From Bugula neritina (Eukaryota; Animalia; Bryozoa), in assembly GCA_964035545.1 (NCBI GenBank), contig OZ037766.1, positions 10,964,722 to 11,028,721 of the forward strand: 64,000 nucleotides of DNA, read 5' to 3'. The stretch's first letter is position 1. Each line of letters begins with the position of its first letter. Below, in pieces: positions 51,406 through 63,966 of this stretch. The notes beneath the pieces were generated by a model. That model made no database searches. It saw nothing but the letters and a program-made list of their open reading frames with translations, and was not told the origin of the DNA. The position numbers and the translations under genes were made by a program.

Positions 51406-53631
51406 ATTGCTTCTCATAAATCTGCCAACCATGTTGTAGTTTAAAGGCTTTAGTAGTTTCTATAAGCAGAGGAGAAGGGCTTTATTAGCCTGGTTGCAGC
51501 TTAAAAACGCTGTGGTTGTAGTTGCTGGTATTGTGATAATGGTTTTAGTATTTTTTATATTTGTCAGCAACAAGTTGGGGTAGTTGCAAGTATGTGAAGA
51601 ATTTGAATTTGTTTAATTGCAATAACAAATATAGATAAGCCAGCTCTACTATATACATATGTAGGTCTCCATTTTGCTCATTGGCTATGCTGATTATGTG
51701 CAACTATTTGCCCTAAATTCACCAATAGCTGATTAGTATCTATATTTCCTTTACTAAAACTTGCTGTTTAGTTAGAATCTCTAACATATAAACATATTGA
51801 TCCAAATGGACAAAAAAATATAGCCTTTACATAACATATCACAAGCCATAGTCTATTATTTCAGCAAAGAGTAATGGTATATAAAGGAAATGAAGAAATA
51901 ACTACCATTTATTATTATTACATTATATTATTATGCAAACAATATGCCAGCTTTGCAATCTGGTGGTAGAAAACTGCAAAGTAATTGCTACCACAAGTAA
52001 CTGGGCAAGTAAGCATGGTGGTCACTACTGGTGGTGATCATGGCTATGCACTTGAATTGACAAGGATAAAATTACCAGAGTTTTCATGTCTTATAAACAA
52101 TTGTACTCCTCAAATCCTCTTTATTTTAGGTTATTATAGCAGATTTTGCGGATGATGGAAGCTTCCGGGAAAGACCTCGTCAAATTTTGCCTTATGCATT
52201 TATTGTCTATTGTAATGAAAAGATCACGAAGGAAGAGGAGAGCAAAATGAAACAGGATGTGTTGGAGTGGAAGCGGCAGTTTGAGCTGCAGCGCTTCAAG
52301 CTTCTTGCCACTAGTGAAATGTTACGACGTCAGGCATTGCAACGCCAGCAGGCTGTTCAGCGGCCTAATGTAGTACCTGGTTACACCGAAACTCATGAGC
52401 CAAAAGCTAAAGCCGGCAAGTCAAAGGTTGGCAGCAGAGATTCTCCTCTTGGACGGGTAAACACCAACAGTATTGATGAAGTTCTCAGCTCACTGAGGTC
52501 TAGTGCCGTGCAGCAAATAGATTCATCATTGCCTGAACCAACAGCTGTGAGGATTGATAAACCAATAGCTATGAGAATTGATAAACCAACAGTTTTGAGA
52601 GCTGAGAAACCTGCAGCTGTAACAACTGATAAACCTGTAGCTTTGACACCAACAGATGTAACACCTGATAAACCAACAGTTGTAGCACCTGATGTACCTC
52701 AGGTAAAACCTGTGCAAGCGAGATTAGCCTATAGAGATTCTAGTAGTCCTCACTCAGTGTCTACTCCCGAGACCTCAGCTAAAAACAAATCATCTAAATG
52801 TTCTGTAATCACAAGTACAAATGCAGAAAAGCAGAGGGTTGGTGAATCAGAAGAGCTAGTTAGCTCTACACAACATCAGTCTTATGCAGATGCTTCTACA
52901 GCTACACCTGCTCTAGAGACCAAAGATGCTGGTGTTCAAGTAAAGACCCAGTCTACCATTATCTCTCTTCAGAAGAGAAATGTGTCACTCAGTGCTTCTA
53001 CCCAAACCCCTGATCTAGACAAAGATGACAGCTATGAGGCCTGTTTGTTAAGAGGGGGGCCCTTGCCACCGGCCCCACCCGCTCAAACTACTCACTGTAA
53101 CAGATGCAATAGAGAGATGAGTACCACTGGCTCCCCAGGCCGTGGTGATCGAGTGATTGCAAAGTTGTTTAAAAGTAGTAAAGATAAGCCTCAGAAACAA
53201 TATCCTTCACTCTCTGATAGATTTCTGGAAGTAAATAATGAAAAAGACATATTTATAGGTAAGAACCTGTTTTGTTATTTGTTGTTGATAAAAAGAGCTA
53301 TAAACAATTGTTCCTATAGAAAGCTGTCAATAACTTGAGTGTTGATAGTGTACTAGTTATCATAAATTATCTCAGTCTTGGTGTAATTAATTTAACCAAC
53401 AGTTTACCAACATGTCAACAACAGAACACTACTGTCTGCTTCGCTTTGAATTCTTGTACATCACTGATATATTATGTGGTAGTGAGAGCTTCACCTTCTC
53501 ATTCAAATGCTGAGGGCAGTTTTACTATTGTATGAAATGTCATGTAAAGCAGTTGATTTCTTAAGTATTCATAAATTATAACTCTTATTCCATTTGTAGA
53601 TGAAGATGAAATAGCAGCTCTGAACCAATAA
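45456..53631 (+). CDS. TASOR/TEX15-like protein with DUF3715 pseudo-PARP domain (~1065 aa)
   Basis: Phase-consistent exons 45456-45470, 46730-48301, 48969-49127, 49553-49594, 49926-50024, 50500-50649, 52130-53258, 53600-53631. Spliced centre [76 protein letters not shown] aligns in order with recalled TASOR motifs YLEP..VHNELLEKEFTEKRREL..ESYAFL..EKGLHV..TILG..GVYLSRYAD..IFKIMKGK..KHECH..RRRPRHVCPYAVVSF. Confidence 0.75.
50699..51402. repeat. Compound polypyrimidine microsatellite (CT)n-(CCCTCT)n-(CCCT)n-(CT)n
   Basis: ~700 nt containing only C and T on the + strand, in intron 50650-52129. Confidence 0.98.
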
Positions 53632-53948
53632 TGAAAACAATAGCCAAACCATGCTTCTTCTTGAGTTTGATAGGTACGTAGTTTGATATTTTAGTATTCC
53701 AAACACTTGTCAAGGTATGTCAGTTTCCATGTTTTTTTGTGTTCTGACAAGTTGAATTTATTAGTGACTTCTTAAGTCTATAGATGCTTCTATGACATTG
53801 AATTTAATCAAATGAAGTGCATATTGTCACGACATACAAATATAATAGAATATTAAATATGACACAAAATATGGTGTTATTAGAAAGTGTTTTTCTCCAT
53901 CACTTGTATTAAAAAATTAAGCTGCCAATGTTGAGCAACAAAATTAGA

Positions 53949-54060
53949 GAGCAGCCATGATCTATAGGGGTTAGAGCATTGGCTTAGTAAGCATGTAGTC
54001 ATCTGTTCGTACTTCGTATCCTAGTTAAGGCTATTGATGATGTTAGAAAGAGCATCCACA
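53949..54060 (+). mobile_element. tRNA-derived SINE remnant
   Basis: GAGCAGCCATGATCTATAGGGGTTAGAGCATTGG..GTTCG..AAGGCTATTGATGATGTTAGAAAGAGCATCC; similar to 38599-38676. Confidence 0.5.
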
Positions 54061-57000
54061 TATCAACAAGTCCTTACTTAGCCAACTTTGAAAAACAAAC
54101 TCTTTCCATCAGGTGGTTCTCACAAAGATAGTGACTATAAACTTACGTTAGTTAATCAACAGAGTTGTGGCCACCATATCATTATTTTGTGTTGACTTGG
54201 AGTTTGAATTTATCTAGACTCATCAATTTTTACTTTATTTTAAAACTAAATACAGTTGTCAAGTTTAAAACTCTTACAGATATACTACAGTGTATCATAT
54301 CTTCATATTTGTAACAGACTCGTTCATTATAACCAGTTACTGGCTGTTAGTATTAGCATTTGTTATCAGTATTTATTACCATTATTCTGGATAATGGGCT
54401 TGTATGTTTCTAACTAAAGATATCAAACTTGTTAGCGTTTGATTTCAAGTAGTTTTTAAACATATTTTATTAAGCACACTCGTAGATAAAGTGTAGTGTA
54501 TCAAATTAATGATTTGAGTTGAATTTGAAAAATATTTTATAATGGAATAGGTTGCTAGCATTGAAGATACGTCCTTGTGTTTGGTAAGCTAGTACTCAAA
54601 CCACTAGACCAGGTTGTTTTGCTATAAAAACCCTATATAATTGGTGAAAAAATTTATTTAGTATAAAGTCTGTAAAATATTTTTCTTATATTTCGGATTA
54701 CATATATTTAAGTGTTTTATTTTTAAAATGATCAAATTCATAATGTTAAAGAACATCTTGCAATAATTTTATTTCCAGTAAGCATTGTGGAACTGTTTTC
54801 ATTCCCAGAGGCAAGTTGCTTATAACTGTGAAAAAAGTTGACATCATAAAACTTGAAATTTTCATATGAACAGTCATAAATAATTAGTAAAAGGCTATCA
54901 TAATTTATGCTGTTACCCAAAATTTGCAAAGCTGGTTTTTTAAGCTATTTGTAATCATTTGATTATAAATTGCTTTTCATTTTAGAGAATTGCCGAAACA
55001 ATTTGCAGTACCATTAATATAGTAATTTTGGGGCTTCTTAGAATTTCTAAGAAAACATTATTATGTTTAGGGAAGTTTGAGGTTTGTTTCTCATATATTT
55101 ATATGTGGTTTTATGCATGAATAATTAAGGGTAAACGTAAATAAATGTTGAAATTTCTTTTATGTTTTGTTATGTTCATTTAAAAGTATTTTATACAATG
55201 TTTAATGAAAATTTATAAAAGATAAGTAAGTGGCGATTCTGACTTATTACAGAGCAAATTTGTTAACCTTGACATTTTCATGGGAAACATTTGAACTTCA
55301 GTTTCAAACTATGGAAACCTGGTATAACCTAGAGCTTACGTCATAGAGATATGATAACTCCTAGCATAAACTACAATGGTGATGAAACTAAAATACATAG
55401 GCCCCGCATATTTTTTTCTATAAATGACATATATCAGTTCATGCTAATGTGATGACTGCTTCTTTTAGTGACTTTTTCCTTGTTAGATCATTTATATGCC
55501 CAGGAAGACTTTCAAGTTGTCAAAAATTATTGTTGCCTAATTTCTTTTGTAGATATCTACACTTTTAGAATGATCTTAAGCAGTCCGTTGAAGACAAAAT
55601 ATGTTGATTTTTATGATCATGTATAAATTTTACTGTTTTATATAATGTTTTGCAATGATCATGCAGGTATCTTACTGATTTTTACTTTCTGAATGGTTGC
55701 ATTTTACTAAAATCTTACTTTCTATTACACTCCTTTTAATGAATGTTTCTACTTTGATATTTTTATAATCCTAAGCAACAATGATTAGGAAATGGTTTAT
55801 TTAGATGTCTCAGAATAGACAATCGCATATATTATTTTAATTGTTTTTGAAGTAGTTTATGATACATGTATACATGTATAATGGTCTACTTGCATATATG
55901 CATTCCTACTTGTCAGAAATTGAATGTTTTCAATGACTAACTCTTTGAATCAAATAAATTCATCATTCACTTTTCATTTTAAGCGTTTTGATGTCACTAG
56001 CAAAATAATGTGGTAAAGGATTTTCATAACTCCAGGGACTTTTTATGGCTGCAAGCATGCCAGTACTAACATTATATTTGGTACACGATTTCTATCAGTA
56101 GTCTTCAACTAGTACTACATGTATGTGTGAGTTTGATATGGACAATACCGCTAATTGCATTAGTTTATAATACGGATTTCATGCTGTTAGTGGGAATGAG
56201 CCAACTACAAGAGTTATCTTCTCTGCCAGACTATTCTGTACACAACCAGTTCTAGAACCTTGGGTAATAAGAAACTTAGCCAATCAAAGGCATGTACCAA
56301 CTTTAGCACCTCTCCATTATAACTTATATATGAAATCCAAAAAGTTTACCTACAATATACATGTTCTGAAAATTATAGTTATGCAACTCTCTTTATAATT
56401 TCATATCTCAAGTTCTAAATTATATATTTAAGAAGAAAAACTATAATTATGTATGCAAATTTTTCCTGAGCAAGCTTTACTGCAATACCAGCCATTGCTG
56501 AGTAGAATATATTAACAGCATTCTTCTCCAGTGAATAAGGTATTATTTGGCAAATATAACTAACTTATTCTAACTTTTTTTACTCCTTTTAAATTTTAAG
56601 CTCAAACATTTATGTGCAAACTATGAAATTCATTTATATCATACCTGAACAAACAATTAGCACAGCCCATTCACAAAATACGTCTTTATTATAAACATAA
56701 ATTGTGCATCTTCAAAAATAAAATATTAAATAATTTGAAATTGCAGGTAATTTGCTACAACATAATTAACTGGCCACGCTTTGAGTTTCTTAATGTTATT
56801 TGCTTTTAAAGTCTTAACACTTCTAAATGACTTGAAGTAGATGCATTGTTATATAACATCATTTCTATAATATGTTTCAATAATGATATGAACTAGAATT
56901 AAGTAGGAACACCTGTATTCTGTGTTGCAGACAAAAAGATTTATCATTCCATAGGCTACTTCAGGATTATTTACCATGTATGACAATACAGCCATCTTAC

Positions 57001-57688
57001 CCCTTGTACAGTAAAATAAATAATTTTATGTTATACTAGAAATTATTAGTATAAGTTTCTAAAACTATCTCATGAAAACATCTGTGGCTGTTGAAAAGTA
57101 GCATGTAGCATGTAAAGCTAATGGTTAATAACAGTGCCCAGCTAACAATAAATCTCAAGCAGCCCAGAAACATGCTGGTTTTGTGACATATGACTAATTA
57201 GTGTTTCAGTATATTATAAACCAATCAGCACTTATAACAACTGTAAGCAGCTGCATGTTAACTACTCAACTGGCCTAATCATAGTTATACACCAACTTTA
57301 CAAGTCTTGCAAGTTGCATCCTCCAACTGCAAAATAACATCATTATACTTTAACTTGCAACTATAATATTATATTCTGCCCAGCAACAGCTGGCATTATA
57401 ATAAAGCTTGTAGAGGGTATAGTTGCAGAAGTGGAACTTTTAATTGTACTTTTCAAACATATTATGTTAGAAATAATAACAAATTAATTAACTGAGGCTT
57501 ATGAACTTAAAATATGAAATCAAGTTCGTGAAACAAAAATTGCGTAGGTAATTTTTTCATGCAGAAGCACGCATTTAGTAGCTGATCTTAAAAAATTCAT
57601 ATCAGTTATAATGGTAAAATATTAGAGTGGTTGATGGACATTGGTTTTGATGATTTAGTAGAAATAATAGAGTTTTTAGCCCACATAA

Positions 57689-57993
57689 TGTTATGTTTTT
57701 CAGATTTAGGGTTGATATGCTATCCAGAGAGTCTACTTATTTGCTATAGAACTGCACCAGGATAAGTCGAGTGAACGAGTATATTTTACACACAATTATA
57801 CATTATAAAAACGATACAATACATTCAGACAATTTACACATCTAATCTATTTGACACTCTAGCTTCGACTGACTTAGCAGCGGGAAACTATAATTGCTGC
57901 TAACTATCAAATACGCTAATTGGCTATCCATTGTTCCGGGTCAATTACGCGACCCTACATGTTGTGCTGCTGGTAGTTTCATGAACCACCACA
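57689..57993. mobile_element. Candidate solo LTR with 4-bp TSD
   Basis: TGT...ACA termini flanked by ATAA on both sides (57685-57688, 57994-57997); CpG-richer than the flanks. Confidence 0.5.
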
Positions 57994-58042
57994 ATAATAG
58001 TATTTTAATGATTGCGAGCGAGTAGACTATAATAATTTTCAG

Positions 58043-58326
58043 AGCGAGGGCCACTGAAAGGGAATATTTCATGGCGAGGGCCACATTATAAGCTTGAGCT
58101 TGAGCTGGGGCCACAGCATCAGTATTTTTTAAATTACTTTTTCTAAATTCTCATGGAATTTTACACAATAAGGTTCAAATAGTTACTGCAGACTGCATGT
58201 TTTGTAGCATGTATAGAAATAAGACATTTAAAAGGTGGTTTTTCATTCTAATTCATGTATGCATGTGAAAACTGATTGTATGCTGGGGCCACATCCGGCC
58301 CTGGGGCCGCCTGTTGGACAGCGCTG
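58043..58326. mobile_element. hAT-type non-autonomous element, one terminus
   Basis: Four sub-terminal GGGCCAC motifs and an end CCGGCCCTGGGGCCGCCTGTTGGACAGCGCTG resembling hAT/Charlie MITE ends; partner TIR not found. Confidence 0.55.
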
Positions 58327-59349
58327 GCGTATCCAATCAGAAACGAAAAACGAGCATAACCACTGACCTCGACATTAGACACGTGCGCTGTCAACAAACT
58401 AATACTAATAGTAATACTACCTACGCTGATCTGTTAACACACCTTTCATTTGGATTCAAAGGTAAGATTTGGAGTTTACATAATATATCTAAAATCAAAT
58501 AATGATGGAATCAAAATTTAAACCTCTGTAAGAAATTGTTTAATGTATACAGTGGACGTGGCCATTTAAGTTTCTAGTAAGTGAAACTGTAAGACTAAGA
58601 CTAAGAGTTATTATTAATATTAACTTTAAGGCTAAGACTAGCTTACTACTAAGAGTAAGACTTAGACTACGACTACGAGTTAAATGATAAAATTTTAATT
58701 TAATAGTAATAGCATTGCCATTGCCTATTACTATTAGTATTGGTATTACTAATACTATTGCCTGTTGGCTACTAGTAGTAGTAATACTATTAGTATTACT
58801 AGTATTGGTATTAGAAATAGTGAATTTGATTATTATTTTATTAAATTTAATTCACTATAATAATAATTTAAATAAAAATTCAAATTTATCAGTATGAAAT
58901 ATAAATATGGGTGGAATAATTATAAGTCTATTAAACTACAAGTATAACGCTATCTCAGTATGAGTATAACTATATCAATATGGCAGATTTAAATTCGGTA
59001 TGATCATTTGAACTTGACTCTGTGCAAAATAAGGTTGGGCATTATTGCCAGCTGATACAAAAAACAACTTTGAATAAGTTACTGGTCTGAGAAGTATTCT
59101 GAAAGTTGCAGTATTGAAAATTACACATAGCTGCAATATGAATATGTCTTTTCAGAAAAAGTTAAACATACTTTATGTGCTGCATGTATACAGTATGAGT
59201 ATGCAATTTCTACATACCATGTACATATTGTTAAGATTAACAACTGGAGTTTGTCAAACCTCTTGTGTCACAGCAGGCAAGTGAAACTGGCCAAATAACT
59301 AAGGGTAACATGTAATCCACTGATGATGATATTGCTGAGGCCAACTCAA

Positions 59350-59910
59350 TTGATTGATTGATTTTATTTCTATCACTAACATGATATATGTTGTGAAAAA
59401 AAGGTGTTAAATACCGATGCCCATGATATTAAAATGATATCAGTGTAACATACATGGTTTAAATATAGGAGTAAAAAATCTCTGAGGCTGGAAGTTCAAT
59501 TAACAAAAATTAGTATACAAATTTATTTAGCTTGAGTGCTGCCTGGTGTATAAAAGAATCTCTGCCCCAAGTGCTTCTGTATTTAATATTAATCCATGCA
59601 GTTCATTTAGCTTATAGCGTACAGATTGTGCATTGGTCAGTATGATGGCTGGCAGGGGAACTCTTGAGTTTTTAACCCCGGCTCCTTTTCCTCTTTTTCT
59701 TGGTCTAAGTATTCCAGGAACAACATTTTTAACTAGAGTTTTGAATTGTCTATACCATATATCTTTCAGATAGTCTCTGTTGATAGAGTTTTTAACTTCC
59801 AGCAGAGAATTAACGTCCATGTATGCTAGACTCGTCACACCTCTTGGTTGGTACATGAGGGTGAATATGAGTGGCACCAGTAATAACAAAGGCTGCAATA
59901 GCTGCGCCAT
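59350..59910 (-). mobile_element. Internally deleted non-LTR retrotransposon (Rex1/Babar or L2-like)
   Basis: ORF 59910-59527 contains RPRKRGKGAGV..PLPAIILTNAQSVRYKLNEL, the basic leader plus first AP-endonuclease motif; downstream on the same strand is an AATAAAATCAATCAATCAA tail (59368-59350). Confidence 0.65.
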
Positions 59911-60883
59911 TATGTTGTGATGTCATATAATAAGGATTATAGAGAGCTATTGAAAACACAACCTTTCTCTCAATGAGACTCAACTGCCAACTGAGTGTTC
60001 CAATTAATGTCATACTGTTATACTTTAGTAGTTAACCAGGCTTCTCTGTTGAACAACTAGACACTAATGATTCAGTTTCTGCTGCATAAAATTAAATGTT
60101 ACAATTAAGTTGATACTATAGTTGACATAGGAAATCACTTGATTAAATATCATAAAAACAGTAGTTCGTTATTTATTATTATTTATATCAACCCATTTTA
60201 TTGCTAGCAAAAGCTCTTCCTTATATGATCGAATGCTCAGTTAGTTTTTAAAAGAAGGATTCTTCATTACACTTTAGTAGTGTTGAAATTTTCCAAAATA
60301 TCTGCTGTAAATAACCAATTTCAGAGTTGTATCTCCAACTGAATTGATATTGTGCGTACATGAGTTCAGACTATACACTTGGTTAATAAAACAGGTACAA
60401 TCTAGGTAGCCAATTAGCAAAATGCTACATATGTATATCATTTTAATATAGAACAGAGGTTACTGCAAATAACCCGCCAACAAATATCAAAGAAACATAG
60501 CTATATTTTTAAGGATCTCTAGCTAACTGTATTTACCAAATATATCAATGGTGGCTTTTTAACTTCATTGTATCCACACGACCACAACTTCTTCATCTGG
60601 CTGTCCAACACCATGTATAAGTTGAAGATATTTGTACATTATGTTTTTATAAAATCGATTTTATTGGGTATAAAGCTCTTAAGTGACATTCAAATTGTTG
60701 CTTAATGCTTCTGAAAATTTCAGCACTAAATGCAAATATTCAAGCCTGGTTTAGTTCCATTATATTACAGATTGCATTATTCAATAAACAAGTTAACTGT
60801 TTTAGATGTCGTTTTAAAATTGAGTTATATATGATTTTGAAACTATAAAGAATTTTTTGTTTCAGTTTTTATGCTTTGAAAGG

Positions 60884-62919
60884 ATGGAAAGAGTTGTTCA
60901 CAAAGATGCAGCTGTACAAGTAGAGCTGTCTGCAGCCACTTCCTCACCAAAGATGGATACAATGATGATGACTCAAACACAGACACCAAATGCAGAAGCA
61001 GATGACTTATACGAAACAGCATTGCTGTGTGGCACACAATTGCAGGAGTCAAGGCAGCGATGCCAGTTGAGTTTTCGTTTGCAACCACAAAAGAGAGGAT
61101 ATGAGCACAACCGATTGTCAAACAGATTTAATCTGTTAGAATATGAGACAACCACTTGTCCTTTAGGTGGGTGAATATTGGGAGAGTGCAAATTAATTGC
61201 CAACATAAGTTTTGTTCAATGTCTGTTCAATCTTTTTAATATTTGATCATCTAATGCTCATGGACTTAATTAGTCACAAAAATCAAACTACTTACAGAAA
61301 GATGGTTAGCTGTACAGACATACTCGTGAAAATTCTCTTTTTACACATTTTAATGCCAGTGGTTTTTTTCTCAACAGATTACGAACAGCCAACTATGATC
61401 ATCACGAAAAAACCCAATTATAAAGAGAAAAGGAGAAAGATGGCCCAAGTATCTCCACTTCCATGTTTACCACCTCCAGCTTACCATGTAGCAGGTATAC
61501 AGATGATAACTGTGCCAAATCTATAAATTTCTATTTTTCCTATTGAATTGTGTTTAAAGGAAAACTTTCAAGCAATTTTTAATAGGTTTACGGTGTTATT
61601 ATAGGTAACTTTAGGAAGTGGTTGAGGTTTAGCTAACAGAATATTTAACAAATTTTGCACAGATATTCTTCTACAACTACACTTGTATTTGGGAAAAAAT
61701 GTTTACCATATTTAACACTCTCTATTTAGAACTAATTTAGTAATTAGAACTAGTTCAACTTATAGAATGTAAAAAAATTGAATAAATGGTGATGTTTAGT
61801 GTTTACGTAAGTCAGTGATACACAGATGCTGATATATTGGGTGCCATAAAATTTTATATATTCATCTGTTAAGCTTTTATATAATGTTTTGTAGAGGCTG
61901 AGCAATACCCTGTGTCTCTTCACAAACGAACAACGAACAACCTCAATGTATATATTACTGAACAGCACTTATCGAAAGAATATACCCACCTGCATACTGC
62001 CAAATATATTTCACCAGACAACACGAAAATGATATTTCCAACAGATGTCTTGTGGCCAGAAGACAACATTGCTAGCTTGCACCAGTTGCATTATTTTGTA
62101 AACACATGCTTTCATAATGTAAGTTTGGAGAGGGTAACTGATATAATCCCTGACCAGATGATAAAGACAGTTAAAAAGCCATTCAATAATAATATACTTA
62201 CAAAGCAAGTAAAAAACCGTAGAATTAGAAAACCCAAAATGCCGAAAAAAGATTTTTGCATACCTTACACAACTAGAAAAGCTAGACGTGACTTCCCAAT
62301 GCCCAACATTCATAAAAATTCAGAAATTGACTGTATAGAAAATAAGCAAATATTTCAGAGTTCTACTTGTTCAGCGAATATGACAAAATTTTATGTAAAT
62401 GGGAAGCTTCTTGCTAATAATTCGGTGCCCATTAGTCAGCCCAATCCTTCGAAACAAGGGGAAAACATCAAACCTGAACAAGATGATCAACAAAATAGCC
62501 CCAGCAGAAGTGAACAGCCCAACAGGAGTTTGCAATCTCCAAGTAGGGAGCAGCAGAGCAATCAGGGGTCAAAGGGCAACACATTTGCAGATAAAACTTT
62601 TCTTAGATACTGTTTTGCTAAGAATTTTCTTAATACATTGCTAAAAAATAAACTTGGCATTGGATATCCGAATGGTACATGGATATCACCGCTTAAAGAA
62701 GTGAAGAAGTACTTGCGTTCCCCTCAGTCAAAAAATGTATCTATTTTGACAACCAGCAGAAGACGTTTAACTGTAAAAGAGGTAGTCACTTTATTCACTG
62801 AGACAGAGTATGGATTAGGTACAAAGTATGCAAACTTCATCAAGCAAAAACTGAGAATATCAAATTGGATATGGAAAACTGCTCTTCATGAGATTCACTC
62901 AAAGCCCATGAATTTATGA
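60884..62919 (+). CDS. Uncharacterised ~475-aa protein
   Basis: Exons 60884-61166, 61378-61494, 61895-62919 join in phase (1,1) at GT-AG sites; the terminal exon is open for more than 1 kb; probable 5'UTR exon near 58430-58576. No family recognised. Confidence 0.7.
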
Positions 62920-62995
62920 GTGTCAAATTGCAATATTATATAGCTTAAGCTCATTCTTGCATAAAATAGTATACTGTACCAGCTCGAAGCTGCTT

Positions 62996-63966
62996 TTATT
63001 GCTCATATTCTAGTACTATTTCTACTTCTTGAAAGTTATTTAGTCTGGCGATATCTTTATCCTTTCGTAAAATAGTGTTGGGTAACTTTCTAACTTTTAT
63101 AATTTTGCTAGCATTGACTTTTAATTCTTTGGCCAGTAGTTCGATTAATCCATCGAAAGTCTTGTTACTGTTTTCTAGTTCAACTTCAATAAAATCTGTG
63201 TCGATATTATTAGCTATACGAGCTTTTAATACCAGTTCGTTGGAAGAGCTGTCCCCATAACCTAAAATAAATTATTGTGTGCTTTTTAATACGTCATGAG
63301 TGCATGTAAATGTTAGCAGTTCTGAAATCAGAAACTAAATACTTAATATGAAATCTAAATTCAAATAAAATCAAAGCAAAAAATCTATATATGTATAAAT
63401 ATTTCAGGACTTACTAAAACGATTTACTAATAAAATGTATGAAATTCATGCCTTTTCACAAGTTACAGCACTCTAATCAAAATGCAGCAGCTAAAAAATT
63501 TCAGCACTATTTTGGTTATAGCACTAAAATTTAGTGTGCTATACTAAATAATTATCAAAGGTTTGGTGACATACTTGTAACGTTGGTTTGTTTTTCACTG
63601 GATGTATACTTCCTCCCGTTGTTTTCCAGTGAGCAATAAGAAGGTAATAGAGGGGCTTTTAAGTAAGTGGGAATAAATCCAAGTTCAGTTTGACCATTCA
63701 CCACACCTAATAGTAAAAACGTAACTGTTGGAGTGAAATGTTGGGAGGGACACATTCATTGCACATGGTCAATAAACTGCAATTGCTGAAAATGAAAACA
63801 TGCACTACCATGAGTTTCTCCTAATAATTCAATGATTTTTTGATCTGTTGTCAACTCATCAGCTTTTTTCCCATTAGAAGTTTGGAGAGATGCATCTGCC
63901 CCTTCATCAAGTAGCAGTTTTACTACAGGATATTGGTTTCTTTTTGCTGCCCAATGGAGAGCTGAC
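62996..63966 (-). CDS. ANKRD40: Ankyrin repeat domain-containing protein 40, 3' exons (start beyond right edge)
   Basis: Exons 63966-63809, 63706-63575, 63261-62996: SALHWAAKRNQYPVVKLLLDEGAD..., FIPTYLKAP, ELVLKARI..DFIEVEL..IKVRKLPNTILRKDKDIARLNNFQEVEIVL, matching ANKRD40. Confidence 0.93.

Noticed and set aside
50446-51444. Four long ORFs (poly-ER, LP, SP, LS)
   Set aside because: By-products of the stop-free C/T microsatellite; the real exon is 50500-50649.
59527-59910. Secreted peptide gene
   Set aside because: The hydrophobic leader is followed by LINE endonuclease motifs; better explained as a retrotransposon fragment.
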